Source: a candidate division FCPU426 bacterium | GTDB taxonomy: Bacteria; Oederibacteriota; Muellerivitia; Muellerivitales; Muellerivitaceae | Direction of reading: 5' to 3' | DNA length: 64,000 bases | Assembly: GCA_963738405.1 (NCBI GenBank) | Contig: CAVTWJ010000023.1 | Span: forward strand, 224,001 to 288,000 | Part shown: one piece after another, positions 10,730 to 24,000 of the stretch | Layout of the letters: the number at the start of each line of letters is the position of its first letter | Position numbering within the stretch: position 1 is the stretch's first letter | The notes under the pieces: model-generated | What the model was told of the DNA's origin: nothing | The model's database searches: none | Seen by the model: the letters and a program-made list of their open reading frames with translations, nothing else | Made by a program: the position numbers and the translations under genes

Positions 10730-11376
10730 TGAGCCTTCTCCTTTACTTGTGCAGAACTAGGAGCAGACAACAATTTCAAGGCTTCTTGCGTTAAAACCAA
10801 AATTTCATGATTTACAATTTCGTAGGTGTTTAGGTTTTCTCGAAACAAAACTTTTGTCTTAGGAAGATTTCTAAAGCTTTTTATCGTCGGAATGTGATTA
10901 TTATCCAGAACCAAAAGGCACTTTTTCCCTTCAATTCCCAATCCCTTTAAAAAGCCTAAAGCCAATTTTGTTTTCGGTGTTTCAAATTGAATTTTATCAA
11001 CCACCAAAATCTTACCCTGCTGAGCTTTATCCGACAGAGACTCAGCTAAGGCTTGACGCCTCATTTTTTTGGGAAGTTCCTTTGAATAATCACGCGGTTT
11101 AGGTCCATGCGCAATTCCACCACCCACAAATTGAACAGCTCTAATAGATCCTTGACGCGCATTGCCCGTCCCCTTTTGTTTAAAGGGTTTTTTTCCTCCG
11201 CCAGACACTTCGCCCTTGCGTTTGGTTTTGACGGTACCCAAACGTTGATTCGAAAGATGGGTTGTAATACTGCGCCACAAATGATGTTCGCGAGGCTTTA
11301 ATCCAAACACAGTTTCAGGAAGATCCACTTGGCCTGTGGTTTGGCCATTTGCATTGTAAACATTTGCTTTAGGCAT
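10726..11376 (-). CDS. rplD: 50S ribosomal protein L4
   Basis: VSGGGKKP.KQKGTGNARQGS, GPKPR. Confidence 0.97.
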   Translation of the reverse strand: MPKANVYNANGQTTGQVDLPETVFGLKPREHHLWRSITTHLSNQRLGTVKTKRKGEVSGGGKKPFKQKGTGNARQGSIRAVQFVGGGIAHGPKPRDYSKELPKKMRRQALAESLSDKAQQGKILVVDKIQFETPKTKLALGFLKGLGIEGKKCLLVLDNNHIPTIKSFRNLPKTKVLFRENLNTYEIVNHEILVLTQEALKLLSAPSSAQVKEKAQ

Positions 11377-12031
11377 TTGATTTCACCTTATGTTGCTTCT
11401 TGACGCTTGGACGAACCGTAATAAGACCACCATCAGCCCCTGGAACGGCGCCTTTAACGAAAAGGAGGTTATTATCCGAATCCACTTTTATGACCCTAAG
11501 ATTCAATATCGTATTTCTATCAGTTCCCATATGTCCCGGCATGCGGGTTCCGGGATAGACGCGCGAGGGATCGGACGAAGCGCCAATACCCCCCGGCGCA
11601 CGATGAAACATGCTGCCATGAGAATTTCTTCCCCCTCTGAACCCATGCCGCCTAACCGCTCCCTGAAATCCCTTGCCCTTCGTGACACCCGTAACATCTA
11701 CCCATTGGACGTTTTTAAATATTTCTAGCGTTAACGCCTGTCCAACTTGAAAAGGAGAAACATCTTCAACTCGTATTTCTTGCAAAACAGCCTTCGGAGT
11801 TGCCCCCGATTTTTTAAAATGCGCCATTAAAGATTTAGTAGTGTGTTTTTCCTTTTTCTCGCCGTAACCCAACTGGAGGGCGTTATACCCCTCCTTTTCC
11901 TGACTTTTCTTTTGAATAATGACGCAAGGGCCCACCTCTAACACCGTTACATGTGTGGCTTTGCCATTTTCTTCAAAAAAGGTGGTCTGGCCCAACTTCT
12001 TTCCAATTAGGGGTTGAACGCTCTCACTCAT
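11369..12031 (-). CDS. rplC: 50S ribosomal protein L3
   Basis: GY.ALQ, KGKGFQG, HRAPG, MPGHMG, KGAVPG; start moved to ATG 12031. Confidence 0.97.
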   Translation of the reverse strand: MSESVQPLIGKKLGQTTFFEENGKATHVTVLEVGPCVIIQKKSQEKEGYNALQLGYGEKKEKHTTKSLMAHFKKSGATPKAVLQEIRVEDVSPFQVGQALTLEIFKNVQWVDVTGVTKGKGFQGAVRRHGFRGGRNSHGSMFHRAPGGIGASSDPSRVYPGTRMPGHMGTDRNTILNLRVIKVDSDNNLLFVKGAVPGADGGLITVRPSVKKQHKVKSNA

Positions 12032-12041
12032 GTTTTTTTCC

Positions 12042-12359
12042 TTACAGCTTGATCTCGACATCTACCCCTGCGGGCAGGTCGAGTTTCATTAGAGAATCTA
12101 TCGTTCTCTGATTTGGGTTTACGATATCAACTAATCTCTTGTGGGTTCTAACTTCAAACTGTTCCCTTGATTTTTTATCAACGTGCGGGCTACGTAAAAC
12201 CGTATACCGGTTAATTTCAGTCGGCAGGGGAACGGGCCCCAATACAATGGCGCCGGTTCGTCTGACCGTTTCTATGATTTCCACCGTCGACCTATCCAAC
12301 AACCGATGGTCGTAGGCTTTCAACTTAATGCGAATTTTTTGACTCGTGGCCGTGGCCAT
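12042..12359 (-). CDS. rpsJ: 30S ribosomal protein S10
   Basis: [29 protein letters not shown]. Confidence 0.98.
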   Translation of the reverse strand: MATATSQKIRIKLKAYDHRLLDRSTVEIIETVRRTGAIVLGPVPLPTEINRYTVLRSPHVDKKSREQFEVRTHKRLVDIVNPNQRTIDSLMKLDLPAGVDVEIKL

Positions 12360-12386
12360 TCTTCCCTCGCCTTTTCTTGGGTATCG

Positions 12387-13577
12387 TTATTCTATGATTT
12401 CGGTTACAACTCCGGCGCCCACGGTGTGTCCGCCTTCCCGGATGGCAAACCGTAGTTCTTTCTCCATCGCCACCGGTACGATCAACTCAATCTCCATCGT
12501 GATATTGTCGCCTGGCATGCACATTTCCGTCCCGCCCGGCAACTGCACACTCCCCGTCACGTCCGTCGTACGGAAGAAGAATTGCGGCTTGTACCCGTTG
12601 AAAAATGGCGTGTGCCGGCCACCCTCTTCCTTCGTCAAGACGTACACTTCGCCCTTGAACTTCTTGTGCGGATTAATCGACTTCGGCTTCGCCAGCACCT
12701 GGCCCCGCTCGATGTCTTTCTTGTCCACGCCACGGAGCAGGGCTCCGATGTTGTCTCCCGCCTGCGCGTCATCCAGCAGTTTCCGGAACATTTCCACGCC
12801 CGTCACCACTGACTCACGCGTCGGCTTAATTCCCACGATTTCAACCGCGTCCCCGACCTTCACCTTTCCGCGTTCCACGCGGCCTGTCGCCACGGTTCCA
12901 CGGCCAGTGATCAAGAACACGTCCTCGACCGCCATCAAAAAGTCCTTGTCCACATCACGCTTCGGCTCCGGTACATAGCTGTCCACCGCATCCATCAACT
13001 GAAAGATGGCCTTTTCACCCATATCGCTCGTATCGCCATCCAAGGCTTTCGTCGCCGATCCCTTGATCACAGGCGTCTTGTCCCCGGGGAATCCGTACTT
13101 GGTCAGGAGATCCCTGACTTCCACTTCCACCAGTTCCAACAGTTCCGCGTCGTCCACCATGTCGCACTTGTTCAAAAACACCACGATATAGGGCACACCC
13201 ACTTGGCGGGCCAACAGAATATGCTCTCTCGTCTGGGGCATGGGGCCGTCGGCCGCCGATACCACCAATATCGCTCCGTCCATCTGCGCCGCGCCGGTGA
13301 CCATGTTCTTGATATAGTCCGCGTGACCCGGGCAGTCCACGTGAGCGTAATGCCTCTTCTCGGTCTGGTATTCCACGTGCGACGTATTGATCGTCACACC
13401 GCGTTCCCTTTCCTCGGGGGCGTTGTCGATATCTGCGTATCCCTTAGCCGTTGCCCAGCCCTTCTTCGACAGCACCGTCGTGATGGCCGCCGTCAAGGTC
13501 GTCTTTCCGTGGTCCACGTGTCCGATCGTTCCGATATTCACATGCGGCTTCGACCTTACGAATTTTTCCTTCGACAT
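12387..13577 (-). CDS. tuf: Elongation factor Tu
   Basis: [29 protein letters not shown]; start taken as ATG 13577 for RBS spacing. Confidence 0.99.
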   Translation of the reverse strand: MSKEKFVRSKPHVNIGTIGHVDHGKTTLTAAITTVLSKKGWATAKGYADIDNAPEERERGVTINTSHVEYQTEKRHYAHVDCPGHADYIKNMVTGAAQMDGAILVVSAADGPMPQTREHILLARQVGVPYIVVFLNKCDMVDDAELLELVEVEVRDLLTKYGFPGDKTPVIKGSATKALDGDTSDMGEKAIFQLMDAVDSYVPEPKRDVDKDFLMAVEDVFLITGRGTVATGRVERGKVKVGDAVEIVGIKPTRESVVTGVEMFRKLLDDAQAGDNIGALLRGVDKKDIERGQVLAKPKSINPHKKFKGEVYVLTKEEGGRHTPFFNGYKPQFFFRTTDVTGSVQLPGGTEMCMPGDNITMEIELIVPVAMEKELRFAIREGGHTVGAGVVTEIIE

Positions 13578-13619
13578 AGACACTCCTCCTCATCCACCTT
13601 TTACCAGGTGGGTTTAAAA

Positions 13620-15698
13620 TCAACCCTTCACTTTTGCAATAATTTCTTGCTGAACCGACTTAGGCGTTTCCGCATAATGAGCGAACTGCATCGTATAAGT
13701 GGCCCTACCCTGGGTCATCGAACGCAGGTTCGTGGAGTATCCAAACATATCGGAAAGGGGAACTTTTGAACGAATGGTTTGCATGGTTCCACGAAGTTCC
13801 ATTCCCTCTATTTTTCCGCGCTTTGATTGGAGATCCCCCATCACCGGCCCCATGAAATCATCGGGCGTCACGACTTCCACATCCATAACCGGTTCAAGGA
13901 TAATAGGATCTGCTTTTTTCATCGCTTCCTTAAAGGCCATGGAAGCCGCAATTTTAAAAGCCATTTCGTTCGAATCGACTTCATGATAAGAACCATCGGT
14001 CAAGGTAACCTTAAAATCCACCACCGGATAACCGGCAAGAACACCCGTATCCTTTGCTTCATTAATACCTTTTTCAACTGCGGGGATATATTCACGAGGA
14101 ACAGTACCGCCCACAACGGCGTTAACGAATTCAATTCCTTTACCAGGGGCTTGAGGTTCCATAGTGATGTAAACATGTCCATACTGACCGCGACCGCCGG
14201 TTTGACGAATATATTTCCCTTCGGCTTCCACACTCTTGCGGATGGTTTCGCGGTAAGCGACCTGGGGTTTACCTACATTTGCCTGAACATTAAACTCTCT
14301 CATCATACGATCAACGATGATTTCTAAATGAAGTTCACCCATACCAGCAATGATCGTCTGGCTTGTTTCTTCGTCTGTTTTTACCCTGAAAGAAGGATCT
14401 TCCTCCGCCAACTTGCTCAAAGCCATTCCCATTTTTTCCTGGTCGGCCTTTGTTTTAGGTTCTATGGCAATAAAAATGACAGGATCCGGAAACACCATCC
14501 GCTCCAAGATGATGGGATGATCTTCGGAACAAAGAGTGTCCCCCGTTGTAATAGCCTTGATGCCTACCGTCGCAGCGATATCACCAGAATGAACTTCTTT
14601 AATTTCTTCCCGCTTATTGGCATGCATTTGAAGGAGTCGTCCAACACGTTCCCGACTCCCTTTGGTTGAATTGTAAACATAGGAACCGGTCGATAAAGTG
14701 CCTGAATAAACCCGGAAATAAACCAATTTTCCCACATGGGGATCGGTCATGATTTTGAATGCAAGGGCAGAGAAAGGCGCTTCATCGCTCGTTTCACGGG
14801 TTTCTTCTTCATTGGTATCTGCGTTATGCCCCTTCACCGGCGGAATATCGATCGGAGAGGGTAGGTAATTAACCACCGCATCCAACAAAGGCTGAACGCC
14901 TTTATTTTTAAAAGCGGATCCACAAAAGACAGGATTAAATTTGTTAGAAATGGTCCCGATACGAATACACTTGTTGATTTCTTCCGAGGTTATTTCATGC
15001 CCGTCCAAGTACTTTTGCATGACCACATCATCATATTCAGCAACGGCTTCAACCAATTCATGCCGATATCTTTTGGCCTGTTCCAAATACTCGGCGGGTA
15101 TTTCTTCAATCTCAAACTTAGCGCCTAATGAATCGTCCAGCCAGCGATAACGCTTCATTTCAACCAAATGAATAATTCCGTCAAATTTATCTTCTTCTCC
15201 AACGGGTATTGCCACAGGATGGGCATTAGCGTTCAGTCTTTTACGCATGGCTTCAATGGCCCCAAAATAATCTCCGCCAATACGATCCATTTTGTTGACA
15301 AAGGCAATGCGCGGAACGCCATAACGAGTCGCTTGGCGCCAAACGGTCTCCGACTGAGGCTCAACCCCTTCTACCGCTCCAAACACGCCGATAGCGCCGT
15401 CCAAAACCCGCAAAGACCGTTCAACCTCAATGGTGAAATCAACGTGGCCTGGAGTATCAATAATATTGATCCGGTTATTTTGCCAAAAACAGGTCGTAGC
15501 AGCGGACGTAATGGTGATCCCGCGCTCTTGTTCTTGAGGCATCCAATCCATGGTAGCGGTTCCGTCATGGACTTCGCCAATTTTATGGGTGCGTCCCGTG
15601 TAATAAAGAATACGCTCGGTCAAGGTTGTCTTGCCGGCGTCAATGTGGGCCATGATCCCGATGTTTCGGGTCTTCGCCAGGGGAATAGGTCTTGCCAC
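13620..15698 (-). CDS. fusA: Elongation factor G
   Basis: [35 protein letters not shown]. Confidence 0.99.
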   Translation of the reverse strand: MARPIPLAKTRNIGIMAHIDAGKTTLTERILYYTGRTHKIGEVHDGTATMDWMPQEQERGITITSAATTCFWQNNRINIIDTPGHVDFTIEVERSLRVLDGAIGVFGAVEGVEPQSETVWRQATRYGVPRIAFVNKMDRIGGDYFGAIEAMRKRLNANAHPVAIPVGEEDKFDGIIHLVEMKRYRWLDDSLGAKFEIEEIPAEYLEQAKRYRHELVEAVAEYDDVVMQKYLDGHEITSEEINKCIRIGTISNKFNPVFCGSAFKNKGVQPLLDAVVNYLPSPIDIPPVKGHNADTNEEETRETSDEAPFSALAFKIMTDPHVGKLVYFRVYSGTLSTGSYVYNSTKGSRERVGRLLQMHANKREEIKEVHSGDIAATVGIKAITTGDTLCSEDHPIILERMVFPDPVIFIAIEPKTKADQEKMGMALSKLAEEDPSFRVKTDEETSQTIIAGMGELHLEIIVDRMMREFNVQANVGKPQVAYRETIRKSVEAEGKYIRQTGGRGQYGHVYITMEPQAPGKGIEFVNAVVGGTVPREYIPAVEKGINEAKDTGVLAGYPVVDFKVTLTDGSYHEVDSNEMAFKIAASMAFKEAMKKADPIILEPVMDVEVVTPDDFMGPVMGDLQSKRGKIEGMELRGTMQTIRSKVPLSDMFGYSTNLRSMTQGRATYTMQFAHYAETPKSVQQEIIAKVKG

Positions 15699-15713
15699 GG
15701 AATTACCTCGAAA

Positions 15714-16184
15714 TTACCAGCGGTAGTGGGCAAAAGCCTGGTTAGCTTCCGCCATCTTATGCGTGTCTTCTTTTTTCTTGATTGCCGTACCTTGATTTTT
15801 AAAAGCGTCAGCAAATTCCGCAGCCAATTTTTCGGCAACGGTCTTTTCTTTTCTTGCCCGAGCAGCCGTTAATAGCCAACGGATCGCCAAAGAGGTTCGT
15901 CTTTCCGGCCTAATCTCAACAGGCACCTGATAAGTAGCTCCGCCCACCCTTCGGGATTTGACTTCTAAAACAGGCTTCACGTTATCAATAGCTGTTTTGA
16001 AAACATTCAATGCGCCTTCGCCATGTTTCTGCCCCAAAACGTCCATGGCGCCATAAAAGCTACGAGCCGCCACCATTTTTTGGCCATGGTACATCATTGA
16101 ATTTATAAATTTTGTTACCAGTTTGTTGTTATAGCGGGAATCAGCTTCAACTTCCCGTCTAGCAGCAACTTTTCTGCGGGGCAT
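15714..16184 (-). CDS. rpsG: 30S ribosomal protein S7
   Basis: EVKSRRVGGATYQVP, MAEAN.AFAHYRW. Confidence 0.99.
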   Translation of the reverse strand: MPRRKVAARREVEADSRYNNKLVTKFINSMMYHGQKMVAARSFYGAMDVLGQKHGEGALNVFKTAIDNVKPVLEVKSRRVGGATYQVPVEIRPERRTSLAIRWLLTAARARKEKTVAEKLAAEFADAFKNQGTAIKKKEDTHKMAEANQAFAHYRW

Positions 16185-16194
16185 TTATCTCTCC

Positions 16195-16596
16195 TTAAAC
16201 TTTCGCGGTCTTAGCGGCCGCGTCTTTTTTGGGACGTTTCATTCCATATTTGGAACGACCTTGTTTTCGATCCGTCACGCCAGCCGCATCCAAGGTTCCG
16301 CGCACAATATGGTAACGAACACCCGGCAGATCCTTAACGCGGCCACCCCTTATGAGAACAATGGAATGTTCCTGCAGATTGTGGCCGACACCAGGGATAT
16401 AACAGGTCACTTCCATGCCATTGGTTAAGCGAACGCGAGCAATTTTACGAAGAGCCGAATTAGGCTTTTTGGGGGTCATCGTGGCGACCTTAACGCAAAC
16501 TCCCCTTTTCTGGGGACAAGCCTTGAGGGCCGGCGATTTGGTCTTATGTTTGCTTTTAGCCCGTCCAAACCGGACCAACTGATTGAGGGTCGGCAA
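16195..16596 (-). CDS. rpsL: 30S ribosomal protein S12
   Basis: [20 protein letters not shown]; start moved to TTG 16596 after GGAGG. Confidence 0.99.
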   Translation of the reverse strand: MPTLNQLVRFGRAKSKHKTKSPALKACPQKRGVCVKVATMTPKKPNSALRKIARVRLTNGMEVTCYIPGVGHNLQEHSIVLIRGGRVKDLPGVRYHIVRGTLDAAGVTDRKQGRSKYGMKRPKKDAAAKTAKV

Positions 16597-16616
16597 GTCT
16601 TCCTCCAAGTCTCTCT

Positions 16617-16658
16617 AAAAAATAAAAAAGGCAAAGACAGTGAGCTCCGCCTTTGCCT
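16617..16658 (-). terminator. Intrinsic terminator/attenuator-like hairpin just upstream of rpsL
   Basis: AGGCAAAGGCGG-AGCUCA-CUGUCUUUGCCU (12 bp incl. G-U) followed by UUUUUAUUUUUU. Confidence 0.7.
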
Positions 16659-16824
16659 CGGGAACGACACGAAACTGTCCGGAATAAATTATCCGGTGAA
16701 TCGTTAAGCAAAGCCCTCCTCTTGCTCACCATTTGAAGGGCCTAAAACCCCTTCAAAAGGAGGAAATTCTTCACTTTTCAGCCCAAAAGCTGTTCAAACG
16801 CGGACGGCTAAGATACCTAAAGGC

Positions 16825-19800
16825 CTATGCCTGGTCAAGGCTTTTTTTATCCGAAAGCTCAGAATCACCTTTGAATTCAGGCTCGTCCAAAATCAATTCT
16901 GCTACCGGTGGAGCCGATGCAATCCCTGCAGGCAAAACTTCTTCCGGCTCGTCCACATCAATGGTCAATGTTCTATAGCTTGGACTGCCCGTTCCAGCCG
17001 GAATCAAATGCCCCATGATCACATTTTCTTTTAATCCACGCAGGTTATCTATTTTCCCTGAAACAGCCGCCTCAGTAAGCACCTTGGTGGTTTCTTGGAA
17101 ACTTGCAGCAGAAATGAAACTTTCTGTCCCCAAGGAAGCTTTTGTTATACCTAGGAGAATCGGACGAGCAGTAGCCAGTTTTTGATCTTTATCCAAAACT
17201 CTTTCATTTTCCTTCTTGAACTTCCCCTTATCTACCTGTTGTTTGGGAAGAAATTCTGTATCTCCAGGCTCTTGAATAACGACCTTCCTCATCATTTGAC
17301 GAACGATCACTTCAATATGCTTGTCATTAATACGAACACCTTGCAGACGGTAAACTTCCTGAACCTTAGCCAAAAGATACTCTTGAACAGCAGCTTCTCC
17401 CTGAACTTCTAGAATATCATGGGGATCGACCGCTCCATCTGTCAAAGCATCCCCCGCGCGAACGAAGTCACCCTCGTGTGTGTTCATATGCTTACCGTAT
17501 GGAATGGAATATTCTTCCTCTAAAGATTTCTTTCCTTCCACGTTGGTCAAAACAATTTTTTGATACCCCTTGGAGGCAGTACCATAAGTCACCGTGCCGC
17601 TAATTTTAGCAATCACGGCGTTATTTTTGGGACGTCTCGCCTCAAACAGTTCAGCGACCCGCGGCAGACCACCGGTAATATCACGAGTTTTCGAAATTTC
17701 CCTGGGAATCTTCGCCAACACATCTCCCGCCATGATTTTATCGCCATCCATAACGTTAATCAGAGACCCGGTGGGAAGTCGATAGCTTTTAATTGCTTCC
17801 CCAGTGGCAGGATTAAGTATCACACAACGGGGCGAAAGATTTTCATCTTTGTATTCCATAACAGCGCGTTCCATTAATCCGGTGGACTCGTCAATTTCCT
17901 CGCGAACCGTAACACCGCGAACCACATCTTGAAGTTTAATGGTTCCGCTAACTTCAGTGAAAATGGGAACTTTGTAAAGATCCCAATGGGCCAAGAGTTG
18001 CCCTTCCTTCACAGTGTCGTCTTCTTTCACCTTTAAAGTGGATCCGAAAGGCACCACGAAATTCTCCATGGCCCGGCCCTTTTCGTCATACACGGATATT
18101 TCACCGTTCCGGTTAAGGACGATGTATTCATTGTTACGATTTTCAACCAATTTCAAATTGTGGAATCGGACACGTCCATTTTTGGTTGATTCGGTTTTAG
18201 ATTGTTCCAAAGCGCGGCTTGCTGCGCCACCCACGTGGAAAGTACGAAGGGTCAACTGAGTGCCAGGCTCACCGATGGATTGGGCGGCAATAATGCCGAC
18301 GGCTTCACCAATTTGAACCAACCGGCCATTCGCCATGTTGACGCCATAACACTTGGCACAAACTCCCAGTTCCAATTCGCAGGTGAGGACGGATCGAACT
18401 CGGATTTGCTCGATTCCCGCCTCTTCCAATTTTTCGCCGATTTCCTCGGTGATTACTTGCCCCGACTTTACGATCACTTCGCTCGTTAGAAGATTCGCAA
18501 CGTTATCAACCGCGATGCGTCCCGCGATGCGATCTTTCAAAGGTTCTATGATTTCTATTCCTTCTTTGATCGCCCCGACCCGAATTCCATTAACGGTTCC
18601 ACAATCCTCTGCGTTGATAATGACTTCTTGAGCCACATCCACCAAACGACGTGTCAGATAACCGGCGTCGGCGGTTTTCAAAGCCGTATCCGCCAAACCC
18701 TTTCTGGCGCCATGGGTGGAAATGAAGTATTCCAAAACGGTTAAGCCCTCGCGGAAATTCGCAGTAATAGGCGATTCGATAATTTCACCGATGGATCCAG
18801 TGATTTTTTGAAGCGGTTTGGCCATCAATCCGCGCATCCCAGCCAACTGACGAATCTGCATCTTGGAACCGCGGGCGCCAGAATCAGCCATCATGTAAAT
18901 AGGATTGAATCCAAAAGCATCCCGCTTAAGGTTTTCAAACATAACTTCCGCAATTTCATCAGTGGTATGGGTCCAGATATCAATAACCTTGTTGTATCTT
19001 TCACCAGCGGTGATGATTCCTTTTTTATACTGGTTTTCGATTTCAGCGACTTCCTTGTAGGAACGCTTCAAGATTTCCGGCTTATCCTTCGGGATTTTCA
19101 TGTCCTCAATGGAAACCGTAATGCCAGCCCGTGTAGCAAAACGGAAGCCCGTGTCCTTGATGTCATCCAAGAGCTTTACGGTTATATCTTGCCCTAATTT
19201 TTCATAGCAAAGGGCAACCAGGTCACCCAATTCTTTCTTGGTCATAACCCGGTTCACGTAAGGCAGACCCTCGGGAATGATTTGATTGAAAATAACTCGG
19301 CCCACAGTGGTATCAATCAATTTGCCCTTGCGACGAACCTTGATCTTTGCGTGGATTCCGACCTTTTTTTCCTCAAAAGCAATAATCACTTCTTGAGCGT
19401 TGGAAAAAACTTTGCCTTCGCCTACATCGCCCGGCTTTTCTTTTGTCAGATAATAGGAACCAAGAACAATATCCTGAGTAGGGGTAACAATAGGACGTCC
19501 ATTTGACGTGGAATTAATGTTATTGGTAGACAACATCAAGTACCGGGCTTCCATCTGGGCTTCGCTTGAAAGAGGAACGTGGACAGCCATTTGATCCCCG
19601 TCAAAATCCGCGTTAAAAGCGGTACAAACCAACGGATGGATTTGAATAGCCCTTCCCTCAATAAGAACCGGCTGGAAAGCTTGAATGCCTTGACGATGCA
19701 GGGTCGGAGCGCGGTTTAACAGAACATGGTGATCTTTAATCACCTCCGCCAAAATATCCCAAACTTCAGGTTTTACCCTTTCAACCATCTTACGAGCGCT

Positions 19801-21069
19801 CTTTATCGTGTGAACATAACCTCGATCCTCAAGCTTTTTAATGATGAAAGGCTTGAACAGTTCCAAAGCCATTTTCTTCGGAAGCCCGCACTGATGCATT
19901 TTTAACTCCGGCCCTACAACGATCACTGAACGGCCGGAATAATCGACGCGCTTTCCCAATAGATTTTGGCGGAATCGTCCCTGTTTACCTTTTAACATAT
20001 CGGACAAGGATTTTAAGGGTCGGTTTCCCGGGCCTCGGACAGCGTGACCACGGCGGCCGTTATCTAATAAAGCATCCACCGCTTCTTGTAACATGCGTTT
20101 TTCGTTGCGAACAATAACCTCAGGAGCGTGCAATTCCAGAAGTTTTTTCAATCGGTTATTGCGGTTAATAACACGCCTGTAAAGGTCATTTAAGTCAGAG
20201 GTAGCAAATCTTCCCCCATCCAACGGAACGAGTGGCCGAAGCTCAGGTGGAATGACTGGCAAAACCTCAAGGAACATCCACTCCGGCTTATTGTCGCTCT
20301 TTCGGAAACTTTCAATGACCTTCAAGCGCTTAATAAGAGTTTTTCGCTTTTGTTCACTTGTCGTTTGCTTCATTTGGACCCGTAGCTTCTTGTCAAGATC
20401 CTCTAAATCAACAGCTCGGATCAAATCACGAACCGCCTCAGCACCCATTTTGGCTTTTAGCGAAGCCCCGTATTCAACCCGTAGCTTCTGATACTCATCC
20501 TCACTTAACAATTGCCCAATTTCCGCTGGAGCTTTACCGGGGTCAATGACCACATAGGATTCATAGTAAATAACTCGTTCTAGATTGCGAGTGGACATTT
20601 CCAATAAATACCCCATTCGCGAAGGCACACCTTTTAGATACCATATATGAGACACCAAACAAGCGAGTTCGATGTGACCCATGCGTTCCCTGCGTACTTT
20701 AGCCTGGGTAACTTCCACACCACAACGATCACAAATGACATCCTTATATTTAATCCGTTTGTATTTTCCGCAAGCGCATTCCCAATCCTTTGTAGGACCG
20801 AAAATCTTCTCACAAAACAAACCATTCTTTTCCGGCTTAAAGGTACGATAATTAATCGTTTCTGGTTTTTTCACTTCTCCATGCGACCAGGAACGAATCG
20901 TCTCAGGCGAAGCAAGGCCAATCTTGATGGCATCAAACCTTTGGGTTTCCCTCATCAAACTCTCTAATGCGGTTTTTTTCTCTGCAACCGGTAAAATGGC
21001 AGCTTCTATAGCTTCAACGGCCGCCACTTCGTTTTTTTCCTCAGGGGCTGTGGATTTTACTTGGCTCAT
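16825..21069 (-). CDS. rpoC: RNA polymerase beta' subunit
   Basis: [31 protein letters not shown]; start moved to ATG 21069 (GGAGGGG RBS). Confidence 0.99.
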   Translation of the reverse strand: MSQVKSTAPEEKNEVAAVEAIEAAILPVAEKKTALESLMRETQRFDAIKIGLASPETIRSWSHGEVKKPETINYRTFKPEKNGLFCEKIFGPTKDWECACGKYKRIKYKDVICDRCGVEVTQAKVRRERMGHIELACLVSHIWYLKGVPSRMGYLLEMSTRNLERVIYYESYVVIDPGKAPAEIGQLLSEDEYQKLRVEYGASLKAKMGAEAVRDLIRAVDLEDLDKKLRVQMKQTTSEQKRKTLIKRLKVIESFRKSDNKPEWMFLEVLPVIPPELRPLVPLDGGRFATSDLNDLYRRVINRNNRLKKLLELHAPEVIVRNEKRMLQEAVDALLDNGRRGHAVRGPGNRPLKSLSDMLKGKQGRFRQNLLGKRVDYSGRSVIVVGPELKMHQCGLPKKMALELFKPFIIKKLEDRGYVHTIKSARKMVERVKPEVWDILAEVIKDHHVLLNRAPTLHRQGIQAFQPVLIEGRAIQIHPLVCTAFNADFDGDQMAVHVPLSSEAQMEARYLMLSTNNINSTSNGRPIVTPTQDIVLGSYYLTKEKPGDVGEGKVFSNAQEVIIAFEEKKVGIHAKIKVRRKGKLIDTTVGRVIFNQIIPEGLPYVNRVMTKKELGDLVALCYEKLGQDITVKLLDDIKDTGFRFATRAGITVSIEDMKIPKDKPEILKRSYKEVAEIENQYKKGIITAGERYNKVIDIWTHTTDEIAEVMFENLKRDAFGFNPIYMMADSGARGSKMQIRQLAGMRGLMAKPLQKITGSIGEIIESPITANFREGLTVLEYFISTHGARKGLADTALKTADAGYLTRRLVDVAQEVIINAEDCGTVNGIRVGAIKEGIEIIEPLKDRIAGRIAVDNVANLLTSEVIVKSGQVITEEIGEKLEEAGIEQIRVRSVLTCELELGVCAKCYGVNMANGRLVQIGEAVGIIAAQSIGEPGTQLTLRTFHVGGAASRALEQSKTESTKNGRVRFHNLKLVENRNNEYIVLNRNGEISVYDEKGRAMENFVVPFGSTLKVKEDDTVKEGQLLAHWDLYKVPIFTEVSGTIKLQDVVRGVTVREEIDESTGLMERAVMEYKDENLSPRCVILNPATGEAIKSYRLPTGSLINVMDGDKIMAGDVLAKIPREISKTRDITGGLPRVAELFEARRPKNNAVIAKISGTVTYGTASKGYQKIVLTNVEGKKSLEEEYSIPYGKHMNTHEGDFVRAGDALTDGAVDPHDILEVQGEAAVQEYLLAKVQEVYRLQGVRINDKHIEVIVRQMMRKVVIQEPGDTEFLPKQQVDKGKFKKENERVLDKDQKLATARPILLGITKASLGTESFISAASFQETTKVLTEAAVSGKIDNLRGLKENVIMGHLIPAGTGSPSYRTLTIDVDEPEEVLPAGIASAPPVAELILDEPEFKGDSELSDKKSLDQA

Positions 21070-21080
21070 TTGTCCCCTCC

Positions 21081-24000
21081 TTAATTGGAACTTTTTAACA
21101 ATTTGACATCTAAGCAAAGACCTTGCAGTTCCTTAACCAAAACATTAAACGATTCAGGCACACCCGGCTCAGGGGAGTTTTTGCCCTTCACGATCGATTC
21201 ATAAACTTTGGTTCGACCCTGAACATCATCCGATTTAACCGTCAATAATTCCTGCAAAGTGTAAGCGGCCCCATAGGCCTCCAATGCCCATACTTCCATC
21301 TCTCCAAATCGCTGACCACCAAACTGTGCTTTACCGCCCAAGGGCTGTTGAGTGATAAGGGAATAGGGCCCGATAGACCGAGCGTGAATCTTGTCATCAA
21401 CCAAGTGAGCCAATTTAAGGATGTAAATGTAACCCACGGTCACTTCTTGGTCGAACGCCTCTCCCGACATGCCATCAAAAAGAGTGATTTTTCCAGTTTC
21501 AGGAAGAGACTGCTCCTTCAAAGCTTTACGGATTTCATCTTCCCGCGCCCCGTCAAAAACGGGTGAAGAAACATGGTAACCACCCTCTGCAGCGGCCCAA
21601 CCTAAATGCGTTTCCAAAATCTGGCCCACATTCATACGGGAAGGAACGCCCAAGGGATTCAGAATGATATCAACCGGCCTTCCGTTGGGTAGATAGGGCA
21701 TATCCTCTACAGGCACAATTTTCGAAACTACTCCCTTGTTGCCATGGCGGCCCGCCATTTTGTCGCCCACTGAAAGCTTGCGTTTCTTGGCGATGTAAAC
21801 TTTGACCAATTTAATAACACCCGGGGGAAGTTCATCTCCCTTTTTGACCTTATCGATTTCGTTGTTTTTCTCACGTTCAATATCACGCACTCGACTATCA
21901 AGAACTTCCTTCAATCGCTTGGTCTCTTCATCAAATTTTTCTTCCAACCCGGCTTTTTCAGTTTTGTTCAAACCTTGGATTTTTTCATCCAACTGTTTTT
22001 TAAGAGACTCGATCCGGTTTTCGGTTTCCTTTTCGAGCTGGCGAACTTGGTGAGCCGAATCTTTTTCAATGGCTTTTAGTAGGGACGCATCCCTGCCCTT
22101 GATCTTTTCGTCTTTTTCTTTGCGTTTGAACACCTTAACATCAATGACCTTGCCCTCAACCCCCGGCGGCACCCTCAATGATGCATCTCGAACATCTCCA
22201 GCTTTTTCTCCAAAAATGGCTCTCAATAATTTTTCTTCAGGGGTTAGTTCGGTTTCACCTTTGGGAGTCACCTTTCCTACCAAAATATCTCCCGGAACCA
22301 CCTCGGCTCCAATCCTGACGATACCTTCCTCATCAAGATCTTTTAGGGCCTCATCGCCCACGTTAGGGATATCTCGAGTTATTTCTTCTTTACCCAATTT
22401 AGTGTCCCGCGCTTCCAGCTCGAACTCCTCAACATGAACCGATGTAAAGTAATCTTCCCGGACGAGTTTTTCAGAAACGATGATCGCATCTTCAAAGTTA
22501 AAGCCTCTCCATGGCATAAAAGCTACCAAGAGATTGCGACCAAGCGCCAATTCACCTTGATCAGTAGAGGGACCGTCTGCTACGACATCTCCCTTTTTAA
22601 CCTTTTCGCCTTTTTTGACGATAGGCCGCTGATTGATGCAGGTATCCTGATTCGACCGTTTGTACTTGGTTAGTTTGTAAATATCGACTGATCCTGTCGA
22701 ATCTTCATCATCTGCAAAAATGATAATTTCATCGGATGAAACCCCAGCTACAACGCCATCGCGTTTGGCAATGACCAACACACCCGAGTCATAGGCAGCC
22801 TTATATTCCATGCCCGTGCCAACAAAGGGTGCCTCGGTTCGGATCAAGGGCACGGCCTGGCGCTGCATGTTGGAACCCATGAGCGCACGGTTGGCGTCAT
22901 CATGTTCCAGGAAGGGAATCAGCGAAGTGGCTACGGAAAAAAGTTGGCGGGGTGAAACATCCATATAGTGAATGTCATTGGCGGTCACTAAGGGGAAATC
23001 GTCTTTTGATCGAGCCGCGATAATATCGCCCGTGAACTTATTATTGTCATCCAACGGCGTGTTGGCTTGAGCAATGATGTACTTATCGGCATCATCCGCA
23101 GGTAAAAATTCGATCTTTTTGGATACCTTTCCACTTTCGACTTTACGAAGAGGAGTTGTAACGAATCCGTATTCGTTAATTTGTGCGTAGGTGGAAAGGG
23201 ATGCGATCAAACCAATATTCGGCCCTTCGGGCGTTTCAATCGGACAAACCCGGCCATAATGCGTGTGGTGAACGTCACGCACCTCAAAACCTGCTCTTTC
23301 CCGGTTTAGGCCACCGGGGCCAAGCGCAGATAAGCGCCGTTTATGAGTTAATTCAGCCAAAGGATTAGTTTGGTCCATAAACTGCGACAGCTGGGAAGTT
23401 CCAAAAAATTCCTTTACTGCGGCAGTTATGGGTTTAGTGGAAATTAACTGGCTGGGCATGGGATTCATGTCCATGTCAACGATCGACATGCGCTCCCGAA
23501 CCGCGCGCTCCATACGGGTAAAGCCGAGTCGCAGTTTATTTTCTAACAATTCCCCAGCCGTACGCACCCTGCGATTTCCCAAGTGATCAATATCATCCTT
23601 TTCGCCTTTGCCATTGCACAGTTCAAAAAGATAACGAATGATCGAAACCAGATCCTCTTTAGAGATAGTGCGCTGATCCATAGGCGTTTTAAGGCCCAAC
23701 TTTTTGTTCATCTTGTATCGGCCAACCCGAGCCAAATCGTAACGGCGTTTGTTAAAGAAAAGGTTGTCCATTAAATTCTTGGCGTTTTCAAGCGTCGGGG
23801 GATCGCCCGGACGCATTTTTTTGTACACTTCCACCAGAGCCGTTTCCGTAGAATGGGTGTTGTCTTTGCGGATAGTGTTGAGAATAGAAACATCGCCAGG
23901 GTTCGAGGGCACCGCTTTCACTGACTTCACGTTAAGTTTTTTCAAAACAGCTATCACTTCAGGCGCGAAGTCCGCCCCAGCTTCAACAACCACTTCTCCC

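Noticed and set aside
23330..23410. Rifampicin-resistance substitutions in RpoB (and streptomycin sites in S12)
   Set aside because: Cluster I (Q, D, H, S positions) and S12 PKKPNS/RVKDLP match the sensitive-type consensus
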